A model generated the notes under the pieces. That model saw nothing but the letters and a program-made list of their open reading frames with translations. It ran no database searches and was not told the DNA's origin. The position numbers were made by a program, and so were the translations under genes. A DNA stretch of 63,473 nucleotides, the filler included, from Hyphochytrium catenoides (taxonomy: Eukaryota; Protista; Hyphochytriomycota): NCBI GenBank assembly GCA_900088475.1. It is 9 parts of 9 records of this genome, joined end to end, with 100 filler letters (N's around TTAATTAATTAA, not from the genome) between each part and the next. Parts side by side here need not be neighbours in the genome. Positions count along the whole stretch, not along the records: positions 34,193 to 39,980 come from FLMG01003718.1; positions 40,081 to 50,903 come from FLMG01002779.1; 7 more parts are not named here. One strand, 5' to 3'. Below are positions 36,891 through 50,037 of the stretch, piece after piece. Each line of letters starts with the position of its first letter. The stretch's first letter is position 1.

Positions 36891-39681
36891 ATGCTCATAA
36901 ATAGCTATCGCTCTTGCAAGTAATGCCGCTTCACTTTGTCGATGGCGCTATATCCCCTGACAGCTGTGCTGGCTCGTGCACTTGGATGAGGATGTCAGGT
37001 GGTTGCAGATCTCTGGCAGTAACGATAGGCGCAGGAGCTTGATGAGTAGCTGTGTATATAGTTTCATATAGCTCTCCGTGTCTTCGATATTTAAGGCAGG
37101 TAAGCACCTCCTTTCTCTGATAGTTGTGGATCGAAGGACAGCTCGCATGTGGGAACATTTGTCACGCCTTAATGTACACTTGTTCAAATGCAAGAGCGGA
37201 TATCCCTTCACAACGTTCATTAGAGCTTGAGACGGAAAGTCTCTTAAAAAAACATCTGGAGATGAAGACTCTCTTACTTCCATGCAGCGCAGTTGACTTT
37301 GCTTGCTCTGTTTCTATAGGGGTTTGGCCACCCCTGAGAGGTGAACGTAGTGGACTGGTGATGAGGAATGCTAGGGCCGCATCACCCTAAGCAGAAAGTT
37401 CGATAAGCTTTTAGCGTACTCAGCCAGTGAACAGAGGAACCAACTAGGCCGAGGAGTATGGCCCTAGGAGGTGGTACAGTCTTTCTTTGAGGGGCGACAC
37501 CGTCTTAAGAGGGTATGGTTTGAGCTTTGCAACAGAGGCTGTTTCATCTCGCCAAGCGTACAGAATGGCCTCTCTCGAGACCCTTCTATAACTATGGCGG
37601 TGACCTAAGGAGGTCGAGGCTTCGTAGTCTTCTACCAAGACGAGCTTGTCACCATCTCGCCTCCCTTACAAGCCGGATGATGGAGAGAACTAGGGACACA
37701 ATTTGGTGCTAGAGTGGTGAAGGGGATAATTTTATAAGGGAAACAAACTTAAAAGCCCAGTGGGACACCACCAGACGGATGTGGAGAGCCAGGAGCAAAT
37801 AAAGGTCTGCCCTGTGCGCCCGTTCACTTACTACTAGGACCAGCAGAAAGAGCGGGGAGAAACCTCGCGCCTTAACTTCAGAGGAAGAAGGCACCCCGGA
37901 GGTTATTAAGCCGTCTGCCTGCGACTAGTAAGAGCAGTGAGCACCCGTCCTTCTTATATAGTTATACTTAGTCTCGATGGTACTGTCCTCTGATCGGCGA
38001 GCTCATTTGTCGGTCTTTATGGCCACCACCACCTTAAGGCTAACCTCTGAAAGGAAGAGGAACGTGTGGTCATTAAGGTGCAGGAAGAGTGGGCTGGAAC
38101 TTGATAGTAGATTAGCATAGGCACGAACTCATTTGTCCTTAGAAGGGGCCTCTGTATGTACGTCCTAGTAGGAGGAACTAATGATGCTAACATTGGCTAA
38201 CAGGAAGCTCCGACTCTGGACTACCTTCAAGCTGCAACAACGTAAGGCGCTACTGGCGGAAGAAAGGCATCGCTTCTACAACGTAAGACGTTTCGAGACC
38301 AAGAAGAATTAGGAGGGTAGAGGTACGTTATTTATAGGATCATAGAGAGCTTTACTGGCGGCAATAGGGCTGACCTCACACATTCTCACATCCGTTCGGT
38401 CGCCTCCGCTTTTGTCGCCTTGGCAACCATCTGGAGGAGCGGCAAACAAAAAGAAAGGAAGGTGCGCAGTTGAGCTGACCGAGAAAGTGCTGCATAATAA
38501 TCAACGGCCCGCCCGCCCACTCAGGCGCTGGTGTTGGACCTAGTAAGATATAGGTAGCTAGCTGGCTCAGTGTTCAGCTCGTAGACAGTAGTGTCGCTAC
38601 TACGTAGGCGGGCGAAGGAGGATGGATAAAGCTTGTCGTTCAGCTCTTCATTAGCTTCTATGTTTGTGTAGAAGAGGGCTACCCACCTCCAGCCTGAACC
38701 AGCCAGGCGATGAAGTGAGCTCCCAGGCCAGTCATACTGTCAACAAGCGTTATCCTTGTGAGCCCCGCCAGCCCCAGGCTTATATCTCCTCGACGTTGCC
38801 ACGATGATATCCGGTCGAGGCCGAAGAAGTACATTGTTGTCCTCTTTCCGAACACAATCCAGTCACTGTAAGGACGAAAGCTGCCAGTTGGTAGTTCCTG
38901 ATAGCGGCTCTGTCTGCTTCTTGCTCTAAGGTCTCTCCTTCTGCAGAAGCTGTCATATTATTGAGGAATCGATCGTCGTCTGATGAACAGAAGTTGACCG
39001 ACAATCAACAGTTGTGTCCTCTGTGTGATATTGAGAAGAGGCCCTGCCATCACTCTATGCGCCCTAAGTAGTGGACTGAGCAAGGAAGGAGTGCTGCTGT
39101 CATTCAACTTCGACATGCAATGGGCTCGTGTGACAAGGTGTCCCTATGACCAAGCCTAGGACGCTGCAGAAGTACTAGAAGTTACGGCTGACGTTCGGAC
39201 GCTGTACTGAGGTTTCTCTCGCACTGTCTCTGCACTAGACCGTGCTGGTCTTCCGCGTTGTTAGGCTTTGCAGATGGAGGTTCTGATGGCGCTCTGAACT
39301 TCTTCGCTGGACAAGGACCGAGGATCCTGAAAGCTTTTCTTCCTTCGGTGTCTCTTCGTCTTTCTTCTCTTGTAAAGGGTATAGGAAGTAGTTCAGTAGT
39401 GACAGCGAGTAAGTTAGCGACTTTAGTCGTTTAGCTAGTTAGCTCTTCTAGAAGAATCATTAGACAGGAGCTTGATGCGCACTGGGTCAGTTAGGGTTAA
39501 GGGTTAGGGTGAGCACTACTCTCCTACGCAGAGCACAAGTCCAACACTACTACCTCTCAACGAGCACTCAGCTAAATATATAAGCAATACCTCCTACTAC
39601 TACTCCGGCAGCGAGAGAGAGAAAAAGAGAGAGAGAGAGAGAGAGANNNNNNNNNNNNNNNNNNNNNNNNNNNNNNNNNNN

Positions 39682-39713
<32 letters not shown>

Positions 39714-39760
39714 AGGGAAGCCTAGAAACGTACGAAATAGATGGGGGAGAACCGTTTTAC

Positions 39761-39946
39761 CTGTACCTTGCCATGAAGCCGTTACTGGCTATTGACGTCG
39801 ATACCGATTCCTGATGAGATTCTTGACATAAGGAATAGGTGACCCCTCAATCATCCGTTACATTTCTCTTCCTCTCGCTCCTTCTGCACTCAACGGAGAC
39901 TCGGGGAGAAGGTTTATCTTTATGTTGGGCAGGCAATGAAGGAAGG
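39761..39946 (-). pseudogene. exon-like relic with two in-frame stops
   Basis: AG/GT-bounded segment between microsatellite tracts: FLHCLPNIKINLLPESPLSAEGARGREM*RMIEGSPIPYVKNLIRNRYRRQ*PVTASWQG. Confidence 0.4.
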
Positions 39947-42070
39947 CTATGAAGAGTGATAAGAGAGGAGAGAGAGAGAGNNNNNNNNNNNNNNNNNNNN
40001 NNNNNNNNNNNNNNNNNNNNNNNNTTAATTAATTAANNNNNNNNNNNNNNNNNNNNNNNNNNNNNNNNNNNNNNNNNNNNCTCTCTCTCTCTCTCACACA
40101 CACACCTTCTTCCTCCTTCTCACTCTCTCTGTCTCTCTCTCTCTCACACACACTTTGTCTCTCTCCTGCCATCCCATCCCTTCCACTCTTCGCTACCCCT
40201 TAACCTCTACGCCTATCTCACCCACGCGGTTGACTCGCGCTGGTGAGACACAAACCTCGGGAGCGGATAATCTACTCGCCCACCAGAGTAGAACTACTGA
40301 TGTGCCAGAAGAAGCGAGTGCTATGCGAGAGAGGAGCCAAGGTGTCTCCCCCTTTGGTCAATGGGAGGAGGATCTTCCTGTGATGATGTGTGTGCCACAT
40401 CTCCCCACAGGCGCCGGGTAGCGTTGAAGATCCTCTCTTCCTATAGTCGACAGCACCCAAAAGCCCTCCCTTTCCTCTCTCTTGCGTTTGTCTCTCGCTT
40501 GCTCACTCTCTCACACTCTTTCGTACTCTCTGTCTCTCATACACTCTTTCTCTCTCTCTTCCTCACTCACTCACTCTCTCTCTCTCTCTCTCTCTCACAC
40601 ACTCGGTCCTTTAGCTTCGCTGTACAGGTACAAATGCTACTTTACAAGTCCGTAAATAGGTTAATTTGAAGACCTTAGTTCTAGATTTTAACATAGTGCG
40701 TTAACTGCTCACCTGATAAAATAAAAAGCGCTAAAAGCGGAGTTCGTGGTGTACTGTTTTAAGTGGTGGAACTAGTGCGTGCCTTGCGAGAGAGAGAGGC
40801 GCTCACCTTGGACTCTCTCTCTCTCTCTCTCTCTCACTCTCTCTCTCTCTCTCTCTCTCCTTCTGACTACCCGTCATTTTCTCACCATCACTGTCTCACT
40901 CTCTGTCTCCCTCTCGCCTCTCCTCTATGTCGCCTCTCCTCTATGTGTCCTTCTCCGGTCTGTCTCTCTCTCCTCTTTGTATCTCTCGTCTGTTTTTATT
41001 CATAGTCTTCCCACTGTTCTTATGACACGTTCCCCGTGTTCTCTTTCTACCTGAAGGAGCCTATTTCTCTTATAGAAATAGCTCGAGTTCGTCCTGCGTG
41101 TCTAAAGCGAGAGAAAGAGAAAGAGACAGAGAGAGAAAGAGACAGAGACAGAGAAAGAGACAGAGCCTGTAGGGGGTGCCGTAAGGAAAGAACGACAAAG
41201 AATAAGAGAGAAACAGGAGAAAAAGAGAGAGACAGACAGAGAAGAAGAAAAGAGAGAGAGTGGGAGAGATTGAAGTGAACTAATAGTTGTAAGGGTGGCC
41301 TCCTGATTCCCGGCCTACGAGAGGAGAATCATCTCTTTCCTCTTTTTTCCCTCTCTCTCTCTGTGTCTCTGTCTCTCTCTCGCTTTCCTCTGCTCTCTCT
41401 CTCCTCCAGACTTCCTCTCTCTTCTTATGGCTGCCTCTCCCACGAGACAGGCAAACCGATAGGGCAGGAGAGAGATGGAACGGAGCAATTTTGACGTCAT
41501 GGGACGATATTATGGCCAACACGCCATGGGGACAAAGAGAGCGCTGAATAAAGGAAGGCAGAAAAGGAAGAAGAGGCGTAGCCTGAGACTAAGACCTGCT
41601 TCTGTGTGTATAAGAGAGAGANNNNNNNNNNNNNNNNNNNNNNNNNNNNNNGAGAGAGAGAGAGAGAGAAAGAGAGAGGCGCGCGATGGGTTTCTAGGTA
41701 AAAAGCCCATTTGGTGTTTCCTGGAGGATAAGGGATAAGGGTAGATCCTCCTCTTTATTAAGTCGCTCGCTTCCCTGTCAACTCTCTGTCTCACACTCAC
41801 GCTGCTCGCCCCCCAATGCATTCACTGACTGGGATCTTTCACGATTGCTCTCTCTCTCTCTCTCGACATAAAATAGGATTATCAGGTGTCTAATCTCTAA
41901 ATTGTCTCTCCTTGTCCCTCTGTGCCTTCATCGCTGTCTCTCTCTTTCTTCTTTCTTGTCTCTCTTTCTCTCTCTCTCGCTCACGCACATTAGGGTTCTC
42001 TATGGCTCCTCTCTCTCTCTCTCTCTCTGGCTCTCTCTCTCTCTCTCTCTCTCTCTCTGGCTCTGGCTCT

Positions 42071-42116
<46 letters not shown>

Positions 42117-42295
42117 GTGTGTGTGTTGGCCTCTCCTTCTCCCTCTGCTCCTGAACTTGTCGTACAAGTACTGGAAGGAAGACTAAACGGGAGACGGCAA
42201 AGACAGGGGAATCCGCCAGTTCCCGTCATTTTCTTTACCATGAGAGGTGATGCTGGCAGATTTCCTTTCTCTCTCGCTCTCTCTCTCTCTCTCAC

Positions 42296-42339
<44 letters not shown>

Positions 42340-42608
42340 CTCTTCGGTCTCTTGCTTCTCTGCTCCCTCTCAGGGTCCGAAAAGTTAAACGCGCAAGATA
42401 TACCGCTTCAGCAGCAAGAGGAGAGACAGAGCCCAGGCAACAGAAAAAGAACTAAGGCTTCAATCATGAGAGAAAGAGAGAGAGAGAGAGAGAGAGACTT
42501 TATTTGCGCATCTCCGTTCTCTAGTTTCTGGAGCGGAAAGGCAAGGGTTCTTTTGGGTCGTTCTGCTCTTCTGCTGTATGAAGAGGTTCTTCCCGTGGAC
42601 CGAGAAAC

Positions 42609-42645
<37 letters not shown>

Positions 42646-44679
42646 AAGTAGAGACAGATACTAGAGATGGACGAGTTGACAGGCACAGGTACAGCTTAGT
42701 AGTGGGACAGAGAAAGAAAAACAAAGAGAAGGAAGAAAAAGATATAGAACTATTTGCGACGAGAGGGAACGCGTAAGCTTGATATCGTTTGAGACATGAG
42801 AGAGAAAGAGAGAGAGCAGAAAGCATAAAGAACAAGGTGGAAGAGAAAGAGGGTTGTGGAAAGGAAAAGAGGTGGTTCTTCAGGTATGAATGACCGAGAA
42901 CAGCAGCTTCTCCTTGGCACGGCGCGCTCTTCTCTCCTTCATCTTCTCTCCTCATCTGCGTCTCTCTTCCTTGGCTTCGGGGTAGATAGAGGAAAGGAAG
43001 GTTCGTGCAAAGGGAGTAGCTCGAACTAATACTCTAAGGTTGGGGACCGAGGATTGAGAAAAGGCAGAAAGAGTGAAAGAAAGAGAGAGAGCCAGAGTAA
43101 GAGAGAAAGGCGAGAGAGGGAGAGAGAGAGAGAGAGAGAGACAGAGACAGAGAGAGAGAGAAAGAAAGAGAAAGAGCCCACGTGTGAGAAAAGGGAGAGA
43201 AGAGAGCTCGATAGACATGGAAAAGAGAGGGAAACCAGGAAACAATTGATGATTGGAGCCCAACCCCATTGTTCACCTCCTTCTCCTTCCCTGCCTGCAG
43301 TTGGAAGACAGAGGAGAAGAGAGAGAGAAACGGCGAAGAAGGAGACAGACAATCAAATTGTCCAACCGTGGATTTGAGACCGAAGAGAGAGAGGGAGAGA
43401 GATAAAGAGAGAGAGGTATGTCTCCCTTTTTGGACGTATGAGGGCGCCTAACGAGAGACAGTTCTATCCCTCGCCCATGTCATGGTCGTCGGTCTCAATC
43501 TTCCTTCAAGTCATAATCCCAAAGGCTGGTCGCTAACCCCTGATGAGCCTTGATTCTTCTGTCGCTCTCTGTGTGTTTGTCTCTCTCTCTCTCCCTTCTT
43601 TTCTGGGTCTCTCTCCCCTTGGATGTCTTTGCTCTTCTCGCGGCCACCTCGCCTTCATCTGTCTGGCATCTCTCTTTCTCCCTCCTTCTTACGATACAGA
43701 TCCTCCTGCAACACGTCCTTTTGCTTTCCTTCTCTTTGTCTCGCTGTCCTGGCTCCTCCATCATCCATCCATTCCGTCTCCTTTGCATGTTGCGCTGTTT
43801 CTTCTCCTGTTGCTGCTTATCAATTGACGCGAGAAGAGAGCCATCTGATGACCATGGCGAGTCTCTTCTGCACTGTTTTGATAGGACTCATGCCCTTCAT
43901 GCAGCAGCAATGATGTTGGACTCGCAGAGCCGCTCGTGTGCTTTGTCTCTCTCTCCGTCTCCCTCTCTCTCTCCCTCTTATTAAAATCCTACACTTTCTG
44001 TACCCTTTCCCTGTTGCTGCCTGCTCTTGGGCGATTTGGAGCCAATCATCTGCGGCTGGGTAGAGAAGGGGAGAGAAGAGACGTGCAGTAGCCGAGGTAC
44101 ACGAGGTACTGAGCGTAGAGTTCAAGGGGAGAGAGAGAGAGTGAGAGAGAGAGAGAGAGAGAGAGAAGTGTGTGACAGAGAAGGAGAAAACGAGGACCAA
44201 GAAGAGTGACTGGAGTAGAGAGTCTCCGGCATTATCTATCCGATGGGACATTCAGGCCCGCGGCTTCGTAAGGGACGAAGTAAGTGGTGAGAACTTGTTA
44301 TGGGAAAGAAAGGAGACAGGAGGAGAGGGATCCACCGCGAGAGAAGAGGGAGAAAAAGACAGAGAAAGAGAGAGAGAGTCTGATCAGACAGGAAGACGGA
44401 AGATTGACAGATTTTTCTCACCCTGAGAAGCTCCTCGTACTCTTCTCGCTTCTGTTGACTGCCGTGCCCAGACTTCTTATGGCGAGAAGAGTCAATAATG
44501 AAGTTTGTTGGCAGGAAGGTGTGGTTCCTCTCTGTCTCGCACCAGTTCCTAGTCAAGTTGTCTGTGATTCGAAAAACAAGGGAGGAAGAGAGAGAGACAA
44601 AGAGAGACAGAGAAGAAGAAGACGGCAGCGGAGAGAGGTTGACGGTTGGACGTGGATGATGCAGCCAGAGAGAGAGAGA

Positions 44680-44711
<32 letters not shown>

Positions 44712-45650
44712 TCAGGTAAAATAGGGGACCAAAGAACAAAATGATAGACTCCAGAGAGACTCTAAGCATGACTAATGGATGTGAAAGCTCGACACTCTCT
44801 CCTTTTTCAAAGTTTCCGATGTTATCTGGCATTGCTCTCTCTCTCTCTCCCTCCCTCTCTCCTCTTTCTCGTCCGTTCTTCAAATGCAAATGAGAAGAGT
44901 AGTACGTTTAGTTCCCTTCCGCCATCCTGCTCGTCTCTCCTAGCTCCTCATCCCCCGACATCATAACAATTCTAATTCTTCTTCTCGCTCCTCCTCTCTC
45001 TCTTCTACATCTTCAAATATTTTATGGTCCTTACACATATGTTACGGAGAAGCAGAGAGAGAAAGTGAAAGAGAGAGGGTAGAGCAGAAGGGAGCGCAAG
45101 GAGGGCGAGAGGGAGAGAGAGAGTGCGGGTGAGAAAAGACAGCGAGAGAAATCTCACTGAATATGCTAACTCCTTTTTCTCTCTCTACATGTTCTCATAG
45201 AAGTCTCCATGATGCCAGGAAGAGGAAAGAGAGGAAATTTGAAGACTCTTGAATCTTACTATCTCTCCACTATTCTCTTTGCTTCCTGTCTCCCCCACCA
45301 AGTGTGTCTCTCTCTGTCTCTTCCCTCTTTCTCTCTCTATATATCTCTACAGGTAAATCTCCCGCCCTATTGCTGAGCGCGCATTGAGCAAGGGATAGGA
45401 GGAGGAACACAGAGCAACAACGTGACAGACTTGAGCAGAGTGTGCCAATAAAAATAAATAGAGAGAAGATATATTTCCACCCTACGATCGTCGCCAGATC
45501 TCTGTTTCTTCTCGTCTCAGGGCTGACTGGTCTCAGGAAAGAGAAGACAACTCTCAACGCGAAGAAGCTTTCTACTGTCCTTCTCGTCCTTGCTTCTCAC
45601 ATCTTCGCTCCCTCTCTTTCTCATGAAGGAGTTTCCTTTCTCTCCTACAC

Positions 45651-47636
45651 TCAGATAGGGAAGAGTCGCTTCCGCTGCTCTTGCAGCCACTGCTGCAGCT
45701 TCTGACCTCCTTCTCCTTTCTCCAAGCTCTTCCAGGAAGAGATTTCGGCCTCAAAGCTTCCTTGGAGCTCTGTAGTTGAGAGAGAAACGATACGACGACC
45801 CTCTTGTCTCTCTCTTCCTCTCTCCTTATCCCCAGGGTCACCTCTCAGGGCACTGAGATGGTCGCCATACATGGCAACCGAAGCGTCCTTCCTCAGCAGC
45901 TGATTGAGAGTCAGGAGCTCCTCCAGCAGCTGACAGGTTGTAGAAGGTCAGGCAGGGAGAGAGAAAGAGTTAGAGGTGTTACAGCATAAAGAAGTGGGGC
46001 AGAGAGAGATTTGAGGAGATGAGAAAAAAAGAGAGAGACAGAAAAAGAGAGAGAGAGAAAGAAAGAGAACAGAGGCAGAGCGGGAAAGGAAGAAAAAGAA
46101 AGAGAGGGCGGGAGAGAACAAAAGTCAATAGAGCAAAACGAGAGAAAGAAAGGCCACCGCAACCAAACGGAGTGAGAGAGTGACGTTTGAGGTAAGTGAA
46201 ATTGCGTGGGAAGAGGGGTTTCTGGCTACGAACCTGCTCTTTGTCCTGTTGCCGCTGTTGCCCTTGACCCACGGTAGCTTCCCTCCGCAGAAAGAGGTTG
46301 AAGGCGTGATGGCAGAGATCCTCAGCAAAGATCAAGCAGGAGAGTGACGCCAGCTTGTCAGCGGTCCGCAGCCAGGTTTGAGGATCTATGGGGGTAAAGA
46401 GAAGCGCGACATTAAGGGAAGGAGAGACGAGGGACACACAGAAAGAAAGAGGGGAGAGAGAGAGAGAGAAAGAGAGAGAGAGCGACGAGCAGCGATAATG
46501 TGAATTTAAACAATGATCAATCCGCAGTTCTCTCTCCGTGTCTCCAATAGTTTCTCTAAAGCAGATAACTGCTTGGGTCATGGCCATCTATTTTTTGACT
46601 TCTCTTGCTCTCTCTTGCTCTCAATTTTTGTACCTCTCTTGTTCCGCCGGAATTTCTCTCTCTCATTTCTCTCTTTCTCTCCTCTCTATTTCCATTTCCT
46701 CTCTCTCTTCTCTCTCTCTTTGCCTTGTGTCTCCACTACCTTTTTTCGGTGTCACTCTCTCTCTCTCTCCGTCTCTTTGACCATGGTACTAACCATTGAT
46801 CCATTCCTCATAGATAACGGACGAGCCATTAAAGGTGATGCGCCTGTAAGCTTGCATATACACTTCTTGAACCTTTATCTCTGTCCCTGTCTCTTCTCTC
46901 ATTTCTCGCTCTCTGTCTTCCTCGCCAAGGCGCTGAAGAGAGAGACTCAAGACTCTTCCCAGCAAGAGCTCAAGGTCATGCCTGGCAAGAGGCGCGGGAG
47001 GTATATCTAGTGTCTCTTCGAGAGAGAGACGGGCTGAGAAGTTAGTATAAACCGACGCCAAGGTTGGAAGGAGATGAGAGCAAAAAGACGAAGCTTAGCA
47101 TTCCTCATTGATGTCTCTGCAGGATGCCTCTCTTCACGGTCTTGTTTCTCTTCTTCCAGGTCCCACTTAACAGCTAACTCTTCTCCCCAGTTCACTTAAC
47201 AGCTAACTCTATCTCCTGTCTGTGCTACTTCTGAAGCCATTGTTCACGAGAGCCATGTTTCCGTTCATTCTCCCTTCCTCTCATCTCTCCTCTCTCTCTT
47301 TCTCACTTTCTCTCTCTTTTGTGCCTCGTCCTCTCTCTCTTCTGTCTCTCTCCTCATTACATTACCCTCCGTCTCTCTTCCCCGTCACTCTCTTTTCTGT
47401 TCATCTTCTCTATGTCCTCTGTCTTCTCACTCTCTCTTACTCTTTCTCTCTCTTTCGCTCTGTCAGTATCCCTGCCACATATTCCTTCTGTCCCTTGATA
47501 CCTTTATCACTATCTCCGAGTTGAAAGTGACATTCCGCTATCTTCAGATGAAGCTCATGTACGCGAGGGAAGCGGGTCGCTCCTCTGAGCAGAACATTGC
47601 TATAGGGGTCCAACGCCTCAGAGGGCCGACCTAGAC

Positions 47637-47668
<32 letters not shown>

Positions 47669-48588
47669 GCTCTTGTCAGAGATGACCAAGTTAGAGAGAT
47701 GAACGGTAGAAGAAGAGGAAGGCGATCCCTCAGTCTCGACGCGGAACAGCAGGAGCAAATAAAAGAAAAAGATGAGGGAAGAAGGAAATATGGCAGAGCT
47801 AGAGAGAGAGAGAAAAAGAGAACTAGAGAGAGAGAGAGAGAGATCAAGTGGTTCTTACCCATGATCCGGAGGACATCTCCCAACTCCGCCCTAATGACCA
47901 TGTTCTCTTCTCCATCCTTCTTCCTCTCGAGACTCTCAGAGTAGAATCTATGGCTGGACTGCAGATGAAAAGGATCTGCACAAGAGAGAAAGAGAAGAGA
48001 ATGGCTTCTCCCGAGCGCCAACAAATATTCTCCAGAAGGCTGGAAGCCTATCGAGGTGAAAGGTGAGCGTGGAGTGGCGACTATTTTCATGGCCTTTCCC
48101 TGTGTCTCCCTCCATCTCTCTCCCTTACTCTCTCCCTTAATCTCTCTCTCTCTTTCTTTCTCTTCCCTCTTCCTGGGTGTGATGTGTCCCCACCACCTAC
48201 CGACATCTAAGGCGTACTGCATAAGAAGAGCAGAGGGCCTGATGCAGTGACGAGAGAGAAGAACTCTCCCCAGCTCTGAGGCGGCCAAACAATCTCTCTG
48301 ATCTTTCTTCAAACGCTCCTCTAGCAAGTGCCATTGAGATAAGAGAGAGAGAGAAGAGGATGGGTCTACGCTCGAAGAGGTTGGAGAGAGAGAACCGCCT
48401 GCAGCTCTATAGAGAGAAGAGAGGATATGCCTTGTGACCTCGGAGAGAGAAGTGCCGTCTTTGGCAGAGCAGGAGAAGTGAGCGATGTTACGACGACGCG
48501 ACCAATCCTCCACTTTGGACCTTAGGATTTGCTCCCATCCTACGCCTAAAGAGACAGGAATTGGACGCAGTGGAGGCAAAGAAGGAAC

Positions 48589-48644
<56 letters not shown>

Positions 48645-49382
48645 CAGAAGAAGAAGAGAGAGACTTAATCAGTCCAACGATGTGTGTGTGCCAAGAAGTA
48701 AGAAGTGGAGAAAGATAGGGAAAAACAGCTGTGAAGAAGTTCAATAACATCGAGACTGGCAAGGTCTCGATGCTGAAAAAAGCAACCTTGCAAGTCTCTC
48801 TCTATCTCTCTCTCTCTCCCTCTCCGTCTCTCCTACTCTCTTTTTCTCATTCTCTCACGCACCTATCCCGTTTTTTGCCAGCAGGTCCACTTTGTTGCCT
48901 ACGATGATTATTGGGAGAGAGAGAGGTGTCGAGCTATCTGCGGGAGGAAAGAGAGAGAGAAGAAGCTCATAGGCAGCTACCATCGAGTCCCAGGACGAGA
49001 GGTCGTCTATCCCATAGATAAGTAGGGCAAGATGAGCTCCTTGCAGGTAGGAAGAGAGAATCTCAGGACTGAGCTTGGACCGAAAAGGAATGTCCCAGAT
49101 CTTCTCATTGAAGAGGAAGACAGACCGAGACAGAAGGGGGAGAGACAGAGAAAGAAAGAGAAGAGTGGCAGAAAGGGAGAGAGCTATCGTCAGGAGTGAA
49201 ACAAGAGAGAGAGAGCAGTGATGGGTGCACAGAGCGAACTATAGTCTAACCTCTAAAGCAGTCGGAGGGAAGTGGCCCACTTGCAGGCACTTTAGAGCCA
49301 CCTGGGCCGTAGCTCCACGTGCTAAAATGAAGCAGGTGCAGAGGGTGATTAAACGTAAGAGAGAGAGAGAGAGAGACGCCAA

Positions 49383-49413
<31 letters not shown>

Positions 49414-49999
49414 AGAAAAGAAGAGAGAGAACGGGAGAGAGAAGAGAGAAAGGAGAGAGAAGGGGAGGGAGAAGAGAGAGAGAGAGATAAAATCCAGAGA
49501 GGGAAAGCTTGTGAGCGGGAATGAGAGAGAGACATAGGTGACTCAAGGAGGGCACTTGGCAAAGTTTCTGGGAGAGGATGCGTGCAGTGCAGGCGAAGGA
49601 GACAGAGAAGCGTGCGAGAGAAACAGGGAGAGAGAGAGAGGAGAGAGAACCTCCATTGTCTCCTGGTCTTTTCTCTTCCGGAAAGAATGTGTTCTTCGTC
49701 ATGCGCTGGATGAGGGCCGACTTGCCCACTCTGTCCCCTCCCAGAAGCACCACCTTGAACTTCTTCATCTCTACCTGGCGGGACAGGAGAGTACGTGCCA
49801 CTTCCACCTCTTCTTTGGCCTCAGGTCCTTCATCTGAGACTTCTGTGTGTGTGTGTGCGAGACAGAGAGAGAGAGAGAGAGAAAGACAAAGGGAGAGAGA
49901 GAGAGTGTAGAGTTAATCGGCTAGAAAATGTCTGATGCCTCTGCTTCTGTCAAGAAAAATATTGGATGACCTGATGAGAAGAGAAAGTCGAGGTGCCTT

Positions 50000-50037
<38 letters not shown>

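Noticed and set aside
36948-37283. 111-aa minus-strand ORF downstream of the PPR gene
   Set aside because: No recognisable motif; cannot be supported as a gene.
39491-39509. Telomere-like TTAGGG-TTAAGGG-TTAGGG
   Set aside because: Only three imperfect units, internal to a contig; too short to call.
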